DNA from: Octopus sinensis
Lineage: Eukaryota
Length of the DNA: 64,000 nt
Reading direction: 5' to 3'
NCBI RefSeq assembly: GCF_006345805.1
Contig: NC_043015.1
Location: 49,786,001 to 49,850,000 of the forward strand
Position numbers and translations under genes: made by a program. How positions within the stretch are numbered: position 1 is the first letter of the stretch; each line of letters opens with the position of its first letter. Below are positions 12,476 through 25,317 of this stretch, in pieces. The notes beneath the pieces were generated by a model. The model did not search any database. It had not been told where the DNA came from and saw only the letters and a program-made list of their open reading frames with translations.

Positions 12476-13064
12476 TATGTATATATACACCAAGACAATA
12501 AAGTTTTAATATATTATTTCTAGCATAGGCAGGCGGCTCGAAGTTTTTGCGGAGGGAGAAGATTTGATTACACAGACCTCAGAATATCACTGGTAATTTA
12601 TTTTATCGAATGAAAAGGAATAAGAAGCAATAAAGATAAAAACAAAATAAAGTTGTCCTCGGCAGGATTTGAAGTCGGCATATAAAGAGCAAGGGAACGA
12701 ATGCTAACTATCTGGCTGTTTGTCTGACATTATAACGATTCTGAATGAGGCCAAAAATTTAGTAGGAAATTTAAAATTCAAATTTTCGCCCAAGGCCAGC
12801 AATATCGGGGGAGAGAATAAGTGAATTACATCGACCCCAATACCCAGCTGGTGCTTATTTTATCGATCTCGAAAGAATGAAAGACAAAATCGACCACGGT
12901 GGAATTTGAACTCATAACATAAAGACTGACGAAATACCACTAAGCATTCTGCCCGGCATGCTAACTTAAGCCTCAATATTGATTTCCAATTTTGATACAA
13001 GGCCAGCAATTTCCAGGGAGGGGAACAGATCGATTACTTCAACCCAGTATTCAACTGGTATTTA

Positions 13065-13325
13065 TTGGGTTGGTGCATAATTATTGCGGCTTTTTTTTTT
13101 TTCAACAAATTTTCGTCAACAAAAGCGATAACAAAATGTAACAAAAACATCTTTAAATGATTATTCCGGAGCATATTCACCATCTACTTCAATTACTGTT
13201 TCCCGTTTGCATGGCAGACGGTCAGACCGTCATTTAAAGATGTTTTTGTTAAATATTGTTATTGTTTTGTTGAATAAAATTTGTTGAAAAAAAAAAAAAG
13301 CCGCAATAATTATGCACCAACCCAA
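13065..13325. mobile_element. Mariner-derived palindromic MITE inserted in a SINE
   Basis: TIR TTGGGTTGGTGCATAATTATTGCGGC, TA TSD, ~95-bp imperfect inverted arms. The centre encodes a mariner-like C-terminal remnant (DRLPCKRETVIEVDGEYAPE*) on the minus strand. Confidence 0.85.
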
Positions 13326-13789
13326 TATTTTATCGACCTCGAAACGATGAAAGGCAAAGTCGACCTGGGTGGAATTTGAACCCTGAACGTAAAGCCAGAA
13401 AAAGAAATGTCTCTAAGCATTTTGTCTCACGCGCTAACGATCCATCCACAATACAACGCCACCAATAAAAACTCTATGATAAAATACTGTTTGAGATTCT
13501 TATACTAAATGTAATCTCTTTCATCCCTGCTCAAATTTCTCGACGGATGAAACGCTGGTAATCCTTTTACCCGACGTGTTAAAGATTCTGCCAGTTCGAT
13601 ACCCAAATTAAGCCTAAATATTAACAAGGGAAAATAAGCAACAACGAAATATTTCTCGTCTAACTTCCTAACCGATATTTTATGTGTCATATTTTTTTTC
13701 GGACAGGCAATAATTTATTGATCTGACGAAGCAAATCTTTAAAACTGCCAAGCTTCACTGGATATTTTTATATATCTGACTTATTGCAG

Positions 13790-13930
13790 TTGTTACACAC
13801 ACACCCACCCACACACACACATATACATGCATACATATGTATCTCTCTCTCTCTATTATATATATATTATATAATATTTCTAACACAAGAAACACGTACA
13901 TCTATGTAGTGTGCGTGTTTGAGTATCTGC

Positions 13931-13976
<46 letters not shown>

Positions 13977-14100
13977 TATATATATATATATAAGCAGTAT
14001 ATCAAGTTTATTTATATATCTTACAGATATGTAATATATATTTGTGATTTTTATGTCTCTAATATGTACGATGTGTATGCATGTAATGCATGTACGTATG

Positions 14101-14131
<31 letters not shown>

Positions 14132-14163
14132 GTATGTATGTTCGTATGTATGTATATATATTA

Positions 14164-14207
<44 letters not shown>

Positions 14208-14630
14208 GTATAAATACATATTACATGTGTGTATGTGTACATATATACACAAACATGAATAAGCAATATATATACGCATGTACATGTATATATTACACAT
14301 CGTATATTACATATCATACTACATACCATATATATAATATATATATATATATATAATATATATGTATATCTATGTGTATATAATATATGTATATAATATA
14401 TGTATGTATATATATGCATACATATGCATGTATATGTATATATATATATATATACATATAAATGCTCGCGACTGTTCCTCTTCTCCAGATTGTATCTGGC
14501 AATATTATTATCTATCGCTACGCGTCCAAAAACCTAATATATTTCCTCCATTCATTGCAACAAGTTGCATGGTAAGAAATATGATAATTAATTGAATCAG
14601 CCCAACACCACACACACACACACACACACA

Positions 14631-14668
<38 letters not shown>

Positions 14669-15550
14669 ATTACACTGTATGGCTGCCATCTGACTATTAT
14701 ATTTGACTGCGTTGTTCTGATATGCATCGCAACATGGCTACGATTTATCAGGTTCTGCAATGTAATATAGCTAATAAATAGTTTTCAATCTTCAGCATAT
14801 TATAACACTGTAGAGCCGATCCTTCACTCTACGTCTGTGTTCGTACGTACAAACATACATACATACATACATACATACATACATACATACATACATACAT
14901 ACATACACACATACATACATACATACATACAAACATACATACATACATACATACATACATACATACATACATACATACATACATACATACATGTATACAT
15001 GTATATGTGTAAACGTGTGCTTGTGGGTGAGTGTATACGTTTGAGTTTATATAGCGTGTGTATGTACGCATACACATATATATATATAATATATATATAT
15101 GTACGCATACATATATATATCTATATATATATATAGATATATATATATATATATACACACCTCACACCCACACAGACGAACAGACGATAGAGATATAGCG
15201 ATTAATAATACATATGCATATATACATACATGCACACTTACATATATACACACACATTCACACAATATATTTATGTATGTATATCCGCATAGATTCATAC
15301 ATAGTTATGTGTGTGAATTTACATATGAATGTGTATAGATATATACATATGTATGTATTTATGTATGTATGTATGTATGTATGTATGTATGTATGTATGT
15401 ATGTATGTATGTATGTAGGTATGTATATATTTATATATATATATTTATATTTATATTTATATATATAATATATATATAATATATAATATATATATAATAT
15501 ATATATATATATTATATATATATATATATATATACAGAGAGAGAGAGGGG
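13790..15550. repeat. Compound (TA)n/(CA)n/(CATA)n microsatellite field
   Basis: Directly visible. Confidence 0.95.
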
Positions 15551-16072
15551 GGGGAGCAAGATCTGTTTGCGATCTGGCACTAGATTGATGGTTCTTGATA
15601 CAAGATTCCACCCATTTTTTTTTTTACCAATATTTATATAATTCTGATGCTGACCGCGGTGTATTGCAGATGTTTGGCAGATTTATTGAAATATATTTTC
15701 AGATACTCGCAGACTTTATTGCATTCCTGTGAACTCATTGAAAACGAGAATCATTGCACCATAGCTGCGTACTATAATGTCTGTATGTGATCTCATTAAA
15801 CACACCGTATCATATATACACACACAAGTGTGCTCTGTGCTGTATATATGCGAACACGTGACATACACCGTCTCACATATACTCATAGTTGCGGTCTGTC
15901 AGATTTATATGGGAACACATTAAGAATATCATCGCTTCTATAGACTTAGATTCGCTGTGCGATGTTTGTATGGAAGCACATTACGGATATCATTTCCTAT
16001 ATGCACTTAGCAGTGCTCCGTAATGTATATAAGTGAAAATATTCTACACACCATCTCATATATACATAGATG

Positions 16073-16425
16073 CAGTGGCGGACCGGGTCTTAAATATTGG
16101 TTGCCAGGACACTCAGGGAGCCCACCCGCAACTATAAGGGGGCTCACGCGCAACTACAATACTATCATTTATTTATTTATTTATTTATTTATTATTTATT
16201 CATTTATCTATTTATTTATTGTTAAAATTATTCTTTTCAACTGTCTACAAACACAGCCAGGCTGAAATAATGCATTCTTCCAGGAGTGAACAAAAAATTC
16301 TCGAACTTGAGGAGATGGGGCCCCTTAGATACTAACATGGGTCCCCATATATGGATTTTAATGTCTAATGGCGCAGGGGCCCACTTGCCATCGCGCAAGC
16401 TAGCAGCCTGGCCAGTCCGCCATTG
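16073..16425. mobile_element. hAT-type MITE, copy 1
   Basis: TIR CAGTGGCGGAC(C)GG / CCAGTCCGCCATTG. 8-bp TSD CATAGATG/CATAAATG. Homologous to 22451-22783. Confidence 0.85.
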
Positions 16426-16814
16426 CATAAATGTACCTTGTGACGCATGCATGTGTGCATATTACAGATATACATAAGGCGGAGAGCAGGCAGAATCGTT
16501 AGCACGCCGGGCAAAATGCTTAGCGGCATTTTGTCGCCTTTACGTTCTGTAAGTGTATATGTTTGTGTGTCTTTATTTGTCCTCCCAACATCGCTTTTCA
16601 ACCGATGCTGGTGTGCTTACGTTCCCGTAACTTAGCGGTTCAGCAAAAGAGACCGATAGAATAAGTACTAGGCTTACAAAGAATAAGTCCTGGAGTCGAT
16701 TTGCTCGACTAAAGGCGTTGCTCCAGCATGGCCACAGTCAAATGACTGAAACAAGTAAAAGAGTAAAAGACCATATATATGAATTATGTATGTATGTGTG
16801 TGTCTATTTACATA

Positions 16815-16849
<35 letters not shown>

Positions 16850-16854
16850 ATATA

Positions 16855-16926
<72 letters not shown>

Positions 16927-17721
16927 ACATATGTGTGTATGTATATATGCAAGTATGTATGTTTGTATGTATGTATGTATGTATGTATGTATGTATGTAC
17001 GTATGTATGCATGTGTTCGTGCGTTTGTCCACGTACGCAAACGGAATAAAAAACTGATGAAAAGAATAAAATAAATATTTCCCGTTCAACAAACAAAACA
17101 AACTTTTCAATTATTCCGAAATATTAACCAAGCTAAAAACCCATGGAATTTCTAGAATGTAAAAGAGAGAAAGCGGGCGATGATGAAGAGATAGCGAGGG
17201 AGGGAGGAGTAACAAGAGAGAGAGAGAGAGAGAGAGATGAGTGATGGGGGAATATCTTGTATTTAGACAATGTCATTTTCATTGAGAGGCCAATTAAAAC
17301 CACTGATGTTCAATTAAGTTCTGCATCTCACATAAATCGGTTTATTTTTCAATTTATTTCCAAATTGATAGAATTACAAGAAACCGTCTTCAGAATCTGG
17401 GCAGTGATGTTGTATTAATGAAAGTATAGAAACAAAACAAAACAAAAAAAGAAAAAAGAAGAAAAACGAAAACCAAAATGAAAATAAATGGAGAAGAAAC
17501 AGAAAAAACAAAATGGCGAACAAGAAATAAAAACGAGACATCTGTGCTTGGCCTGGCCGGTCAAGGTTAGTATTTATAACTGCAATAACGAAAGCAAGAC
17601 TTAATTGACCGATAACAATTAGATGAGCATTGTTATCAGGATTTCCTGTCACGTGCTCTTCGATTGCAGAGGTCGTGCCGGTGCAAAGGAAGCTAGCAGG
17701 TTCACGAACGAAAACATCGGA

Positions 17722-17779
17722 TACTACTACTTCAACCACTACTACTACTACTAATAATAATAATAATAATAATAATAAC

Positions 17780-17868
<89 letters not shown>

Positions 17869-18215
17869 CACCATCACCACCACCACCACCACCGACACTA
17901 CCACTAACATTACCTCTACAACTACTACTACCACCACCACCACCACCACTACAACTACAATTACTACTACTACCACCGACACCACTACTACTACTACTAC
18001 AACAATCATCACCATTACTACTACTACTACTACTACCATCACCAACACCCCCACCGACACTAACATTACTACTACTACTAATACGACTATTACTACCACC
18101 AACACACCCACCGACACTACCACTAATATAATCACTATAACTACTACTACTACTACCACCACCACCACCACCACCACCACCACCACTACTACTACTACTA
18201 TTACCACCACTACTA
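17722..18215. repeat. Trinucleotide array (ACT)n/(AAT)n/(ACC)n
   Basis: Directly visible; gives poly-N/T/V/L ORFs. Confidence 0.95.
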
Positions 18216-19606
18216 TGTGGTTGTGGTCGTCGTTATCGCTATTGTTATGGTCTCTGAAACACTGATTTTTTCCACCAGCTATAATAATATTAAGTTCAAT
18301 AAAAGTCTCTGTCTGCGATACCCCTACACTGTGAGCTGCGATGCGGCTGTGAGTGGTCAGCGAACCAATAACACAATGTAGTCTTAAGACCTCAGTTATT
18401 ACTAGTATCAATGTAATAAGGATCGTTATTAATGGACAAATAGCATTCATTATTCAAGAACATTTCTATCTAATAAGAACTGGAATCGTTCCTTTTACAT
18501 CGTCGAGGCTACTTTACCAAACCATAGGAATACGTCATGGTTCTAATTACTTCCTCGCATTAATGCTACAGAATCACTTCTTTGGTTATTTGTCGTAAAC
18601 TTTTCTCCAAACTTCAATTCTTTCTTTTAATAAATTGCTTATTTGTGATATAAAAATTACGGTGAACATAATTAAGTTTGGGTATCACTTTAGTTTTAGA
18701 TATGAGCAGATATACCCTTATGGAAGAATCTAATGAAAGATTGATTTAAACAAAAGATCCGAGATATTTAATGAATGCAAACATGTTTCAAAATACTTAC
18801 ATTTCAACCATATACCCACAAATGCATGATCGTAGAGATATTCACATAATTTAAACCAATTAGAATCTTGCGACTTCCGTTTTAAATATTTTATGAATTT
18901 TTAAAGCCAACCCGAAAATTCTCCCCTTCCATTGCTAGTTTATATACACAAATATCATTTCTTGATATATTTTCTAGTGATTAGAGTGTTGCACTCACGA
19001 CCACGAGGTCGCGGTTTTAATTCCTGGAACGGATGCTGCGTTGTGTTCTTGAACAAAACACTTCATCTCACATTGCCCTGCGATCGCTTCAACACCTGAC
19101 GAGTGGTACACCGTGCACATGTTCATCAAATCGATTTGACGGAGGTAGCGAGCTAATGTACCGTACAAACATGTAATCATTATAAGCAACTCATTTGTGC
19201 AGGTTGCTCACAAAATTGGCAGAACCGTCTTCCTAGAACTACGAGAGATTACGGCCATATCACATATATTTTATACACTCGAATATATAAAGCTTCCTTT
19301 CATAAAACTATTTATGTAATCTTGTCTATTATTGCGGTTTACATAATTTTATTTTCTCTATTCTCTCAACGTCCATATCTATTTTTTCTACTAAATGTTA
19401 CTTCATTCACTAATATGATTCTTTGTTTCTATCGAGTTGGCACTTGTCATGAGATTCAAACATTTTTGCTGTATGTATAATATATATTGTATAATACATA
19501 CGAATTTTATTCTAATCATTTTACATTGTCGTCCGAAGACCAGTAACGAGAAAACCAGATTAACTATCTGAAAGATTTCAGCTGGTAATAAAATCATATG
19601 TCTACA

Positions 19607-19655
<49 letters not shown>

Positions 19656-19794
19656 TATATATATATATCTTATATTAAATTAGAGATAAAACCACTATAG
19701 GCAAATCATACAATGAAAAACTTAAGCCAATACATAAGATTAATTAATTTAATTATTTAAAATAATAAAATTATTAAAAAGATAATTAATATAA

Positions 19795-19858
19795 CACTAC
19801 GATCATTTTATGGCTGTTCAATTCTTAAAATTTCCGAGTTACAGTCATTCTTCAGGTG
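19795..19858 (-). ncRNA. Degenerate hammerhead motif in a probable Penelope pseudo-LTR remnant
   Basis: Minus strand CAC-CTGAAGA-ATGACTGT...ACAGCCAT-aAAA-tGATCG-TA-GTG. GAAA is mutated to AAAA; stem III is near-palindromic. Confidence 0.5.
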
Positions 19859-21933
19859 GTTTAAATATTTAACTTGGCGAGGTTTAATATAATATAATAT
19901 TTTACTATAAAATTGGATTCAATCTAAATCTGATTTTCCCTGCAAGTTTGGATTATTCCCTAATATTTTATTATTTTATATATATATATATTATATATAT
20001 ATAGATATTATATATATATAGTATGTGCATATATGTGTATGTATATGTATAATATATATATATTATATATATATATATAATATATATATATGTGTGTGGT
20101 GTGTGTGTGTATGTGCATATATATCTCCCTGCATTTTCCTCCTATATATACACATTTTGTCTCCCATATATGTGTTTTTTTCCCTACATATTTCTTCTCC
20201 TACACCTATATCCTTCCTATCTAGTCTCTTTATTTCCCTATATCTATACCCTTTCACATTTCTAACTCGGATGTTGAACGCACAACGCCAAACTCCCACT
20301 TCCCACCCTTCCAATTTTCAGTTCCCCCGCCCCCCCTACGTGGGCACCTTTAGCAACACACCTTTAACTTTCAACACACCTTCATCTCATGTTAAACTTT
20401 ACCAGATTATATTTTTTATTTGCTTATTCCTATTCTATTTCGCTTTACCTTATTCTTATTTTATTTTCATCCTTATTTATTCTTATAATTTATTATATTT
20501 CATTTCTAACTTTTATATTGTATTTCTTATTTTATATTGTATTTCTTACTTTTATTTCAAATTTATTCTTACCCTCATTCTTAACCCCTAACTTATCGCT
20601 TTATATCTCTATATATGTCTATTTTTCTTGCTTATCCTTATTTACTTACCTATGGATCCACTTTATGATTATACGTGCGTCCGTGTACGTATGTATACGT
20701 ATACATATGTGTACATATTCACGAGTAAACATCTACGTCTGGATGTGCATACCCCGTTACTCATCTCTAATAATTTTCTTTAATAATTTTTTAAAATTTC
20801 TTACGTTTTTCTTTACATTTTTTACATGTTTTCGCAGATTTCTTATATGCATATGTTACACCTATTTTTATACATCTTTTAATATCTTATAGCTATACCT
20901 ATACGCGCGTATGTCTCTGTGTGTGTATGTAAGCGTAGATGTGCACGCACATATGGACACACAGCCGTGTGTGCGTGTCACGTGTAGACGTGAGTGCGTG
21001 ATTCTTTACATGCGTTCTTATATACATCCTTTAATATCTTATATCTAAACCTGGACGTGTGGGCATCTGTGTATGTGTATGTAAGGATGGACGTACGTAT
21101 GTATATATGGGGTTGTACACGTATAATGTCCGTGTATATATGCGCATATTCTGTTTTGTATGTATGTATATATGCGCGCGTGTGTGTGGGTGTATGTGTG
21201 TTTATGTACATGTTTACACGTGAGTGCGTATGTATGCTTATATGCTTGGAGCCGTGTATGCGCGCGTATATGTGCGCGTGTATATGGGTGTATGTATCCA
21301 TGATGGTATGTATGTACAAGATGACCAATTAATTCAAAGAACTAGATTAACCGCTCAACAGCTCTGATTTACAATACACTAGGTCCCCAGACGACCTGTT
21401 GATTATTGACACCCAAAGCTTCTACAACTAAATTTTATCAATTTCCTGACCACATGTTTGGTCCGTACCTCTATACATCCCTTATCTTTATATATTTTTT
21501 CAGTTTTTTACATTTTTGTCATTTTTATCCTATTTTTTTTTTTTTTTACTTTTATTTCTATTTCTATTTTTACTTTAACCTTATGCCTTTATAGTCATTT
21601 ATATTCTTTATATTCTTTATATCCCCTTTATATCTCCTTATATCTCTTTATATCTTTATACTCTACATTTTTATATTTTTCTATACTTACACTTTTTATA
21701 TATTTTTTATCCTTCGTCTGAATTCTCGCCCCTCCATCTTCACGTCTATATATGTATTTATTTATTTACATTACTTCAACATCCAAATTTTCCTCATTCT
21801 ACATTGAGAGAAGAAAGAGATGGACGCTTCATTCTATGCTGTTGCCGCATTATGTCGTACGCGAATGAGAGGATTTGCATCCCCAACCAAGAATTTCTGA
21901 TGTAACACATGTTCCTTGTGGAAGCTGTTGTGC

Positions 21934-22010
21934 GCGGCTGAAGAGGCCACAGACATACATTATGCATTGTTATAAATCTGTCTAATAAAGGCCCGAAACA
22001 TATGTACCGC
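21934..22010 (+). ncRNA. Type I minimal hammerhead ribozyme motif (Penelope-like)
   Basis: GCGG-CTGAAGA-GGCC...GGCC(C)-GAAA-C-ATAT-G-TA-CCGC. Intact core, stem I GCGG/CCGC, palindromic CATATG stem III, predicted cleavage after GUA (22006). Confidence 0.75.
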
Positions 22011-22450
22011 TGAATCCTTGTGCATCATGTTTTTATTTGATCAATTTACTCCACCACCTACACCACCAAACGGTATACACAGGTGCTTTATATTATCAAG
22101 TACTCACCCCGAATTTTATATAATATATCTATATATAATATATAATATATATATATATATATTCCAACGTGCACATGCCAAACCGAAGATTGCAATTTTT
22201 TTCAAGTCTTCTGTGTTGATATGTAATTAGAAATAGAATTTATAGAAATATCAATTATTATGTATATCTCCTCTGAAATAAAACATCTATACACATACAT
22301 TTCATTAATGTATGCGCATACATTAATGCTTCGAGTATAACTCTTTATATACATTATGTATATATGCATATATACTGTACGCTTATACTGAGGTCTCTTT
22401 TTCAAGAGATAGACCATAACTCCTATTATATATATATATATATATATATA

Positions 22451-22783
22451 CAGTGGCGGACTGGGTCTAAAAGTATCGGTTGCCAGGAGACTAAGGGGGC
22501 TCACCCGCAACTACGAGGCCCACCCTCAACTACAATGCTATCACTTAATCACTTATTTTTTCTATTATTTATTATTTTTTGGGGGTTAAAAGTATTCTTT
22601 TCAATTGTCTACAAACACAGCCTGGTTGAAATAATGCATTCTTCCAGGCGTGAACAAAAAATTCCCAAACTTGAGGGGACGAGCTCCTTAGATACTAACA
22701 TGCCCCCCCCCCATATCTAGATTCTAATGGTGCAGGGGCCACTTGCCATCGGGCAAGCTGGCAACCTGGCCAGTCTGCCACTG
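22451..22783. mobile_element. hAT-type MITE, copy 2
   Basis: TIR CAGTGGCGGACTGG / CCAGTCTGCCACTG. 8-bp flanks TATATATA/TAGATATA. Same internal sequence as 16073-16425. Confidence 0.85.
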
Positions 22784-22784
22784 T

Positions 22785-22830
<46 letters not shown>

Positions 22831-23189
22831 ACTAGTATTCCGTCGGTAACGACGCGGAGGGTTCCAGTTGATTCAATCCACGAAACAGCCTGCTCGTGAA
22901 ATTAACGTGCAAGCGGGTGGCTGTATCCTCCACGGACACCCGTACCCTTAGCGTAGTTCTCACGGAGACTCAGCGTGACAGAGAATGTGACAAAGCTGGC
23001 CCATGGAAATACAGTTACAACACATTTTTGTCAGCTGGGTAGACTGGAGCAATGTGAAATAAAGTGTCTTGCTCAAGGAAACAACGCCAAAACCAGGAAT
23101 CGACTCATGATCTTGCGATCGCGAACCGAAAATGCTAACCCTAAACCACTCACCTTCACTATATATACATACATATATAGATAGATAGC

Positions 23190-23630
23190 GTACGAGTGGC
23201 TGTGTGGTAAGTAGCTTGCTTACCAACCACATGGTTCCGGGTTCAGCCCCACTGCGTGGCACCTTGGGCAAGTGTCTTCTACTATAGCCTCGGGCCGACC
23301 AAAGCCTTGTGAGTGGATTTGGTAGACGGAGAGTGAAAGAAGCCCGTCGTATATATGTATGTATGCAATGTATGTATGTATGTATGTATGTATGTATGTA
23401 TGTATGTATGTATGTGTATGTGTTTGTGTGTCTGTGTTTGTCACCCCAACAACGCTTGACAACTGATGCTGGTGTGTTTACGTCCCCGTAACTTAGCGTT
23501 TCGGCAAAAGAGACCGATAGAATAAGTACTAGGCTTACAAAGAATAAGCCCAGGGGTCGATGTGCTCGACTTAAAGGCGGTGCTCCAGTATCGCCGCAGT
23601 CAAATGACTGAAACAAATAAAAGAGTAAAG
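23190..23630 (+). mobile_element. tRNA-derived SINE family B (CORE-like motif, internal microsatellite)
   Basis: GAGTGGCTGTGTGGTAAG...GGTTCAG(T/C)CCC...CCTTGGGCAAGT...(TATG/TG)n...GACTGAAACAA. Other copies at about 4835-5290, 6225-6440(-), 16550-16770, 24925-25305, 27200-27850(-), 37925-38215(-), 48665-49260, 50480-50920, 55675-56080, 57680-58140, 61585-62160(-). Confidence 0.85.
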
Positions 23631-23731
23631 AAGGAAGGGAGAGATACACACACACATATGTGTGAGTGTGTGTGTATCTATAAATATATATGTGTACATA
23701 TATAATGAGTGTATGTGTATACATATATATA

Positions 23732-23786
<55 letters not shown>

Positions 23787-23873
23787 TATGTAGGGTCCCG
23801 GTTGAGTCGGGGTTAACCACAGTAAATAAGGTACTCAATACATAGCAGAGTAAATTAATTTATTTTGTCTACT

Positions 23874-23924
23874 AGCTTCCTGATGATTTCTTTTGAATGA
23901 AACAGTTCTAGTCCTGTAGAAGCT
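23874..23924 (+). ncRNA. Type I hammerhead ribozyme motif
   Basis: AGCTTC-CTGATGA-tTTC tttt GAAt-GAAA-CAG ttctagtc CTG-TA-GAAGCT. Intact core, 6-bp stem I, weak stem II, 3-bp stem III, predicted cleavage after GUA (23918). Confidence 0.72.
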
Positions 23925-23939
23925 CCTTCTATAAATATA

Positions 23940-24004
<65 letters not shown>

Positions 24005-25317
24005 AAGGAGGAGGAGGAACCAGACGTGTACGGAAGAATTATTGGTAAACTAGTCTCCACAGAACGCATAAAGTAATTGACGTCGGAATAAAATGAAATG
24101 ACTGTCGAGTTATTATTCAGCAGGTAATTTGATTAGCCCTTCTATTTGCACAATTACTTAAACATTGTTTGGGAAATTCTATTACAATTTATATTTTGCT
24201 ACTTCCTGACAAATGCCGTTAAAATTTCGAGCTATAGTCGAAATGAAAAATTTTGGTTGCTTCACAGGAGAAATATTATTGGAATTCTACAGGAAAGAAA
24301 GAAAGAAAACAAAAAAAACAAAAGAAAGAAAATGGAAAAAAGACTACAAAGAAATAATGAAAAATCTAATTTGATTTACTTTGCTCTGTTAATATGTTGT
24401 ATCGTTGGTTCTTTATGAAAATTTAGAATTTTTTCGTCTATTTAGTTTGTGTTACGCTGTTTCTGTCAGTTGTCAGTTACCGTATAAATACAGATAGGAT
24501 TAGAGGCTGGATAAAAGAAGTGAGTGCAACTGTTTCGGTGCTAACGATATGGCACGGCTAACTGGATGAATATTCACCCGGTTTTGATGGCAGTACCTTT
24601 TGACATTTGGGGCAAAAACATATGCATATAAATACACGCACACGTGCGAGCATGGACAGAGATATATACATATATATTTCTTTACTACCCACAAGGGGCT
24701 AAACACAGAGGGGACAAACAAGGACAGACATAGGTATTAAGTCGATTACATCGACCCCCGTGTGTAACTGGTACTTTATTTATCGACCCCGAAAGGATGA
24801 AAGGCATAGTCGACCTCGGCGGAATTTGAACTCAGAACGTAGCAGCAGACGAAATACCGCTAAGCATTTCGCCCGGCGCGTTAACGTTTCTGCCAGCTCG
24901 CCATATATACATATAGATTGAAAGAATGTTCTGGGTTCAGTCACACTGCGTGGCACCTTGGCCGAGTGTCTTCTACTATAGCCTCGGGCCGACCAAAGTC
25001 TTTTGAGTGGATATGGTAGACGGAAACTGAAAGAAGCCCGTCGTATATAAGTATATATATATATATATATGTGTGTGTATATGTTTGTGTGTCTGTGTTT
25101 GTCACACACACACACCCCAACATCGCTTGACAACCGATGGTGGTGTGTTTACGTCCCCGTAACCAGCGGTTCGGCAAATAAGAGACCGATAGAATAAGTA
25201 CTAGGCTTCCAAAGAGTAAGTCCTGCGGTCAATTTGCTCGACTAAAGGCGGTGCTCCAGCATGGCTACAGTCACATGACTGAAACAAGTAAAAGAGTAAA
25301 GAGTTAGGTTGGAGGAT

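Noticed and set aside
17374-18450. 358-aa and 211-aa ORFs (poly-V/L; mucin-like poly-T/N)
   Set aside because: Translations of trinucleotide microsatellites, open in several frames on both strands, with no domain or splice support.
22960-23838. 292-aa ORF
   Set aside because: Read-through of antisense SINE B, SINE C and microsatellite; the same peptide pieces recur at other SINE copies.
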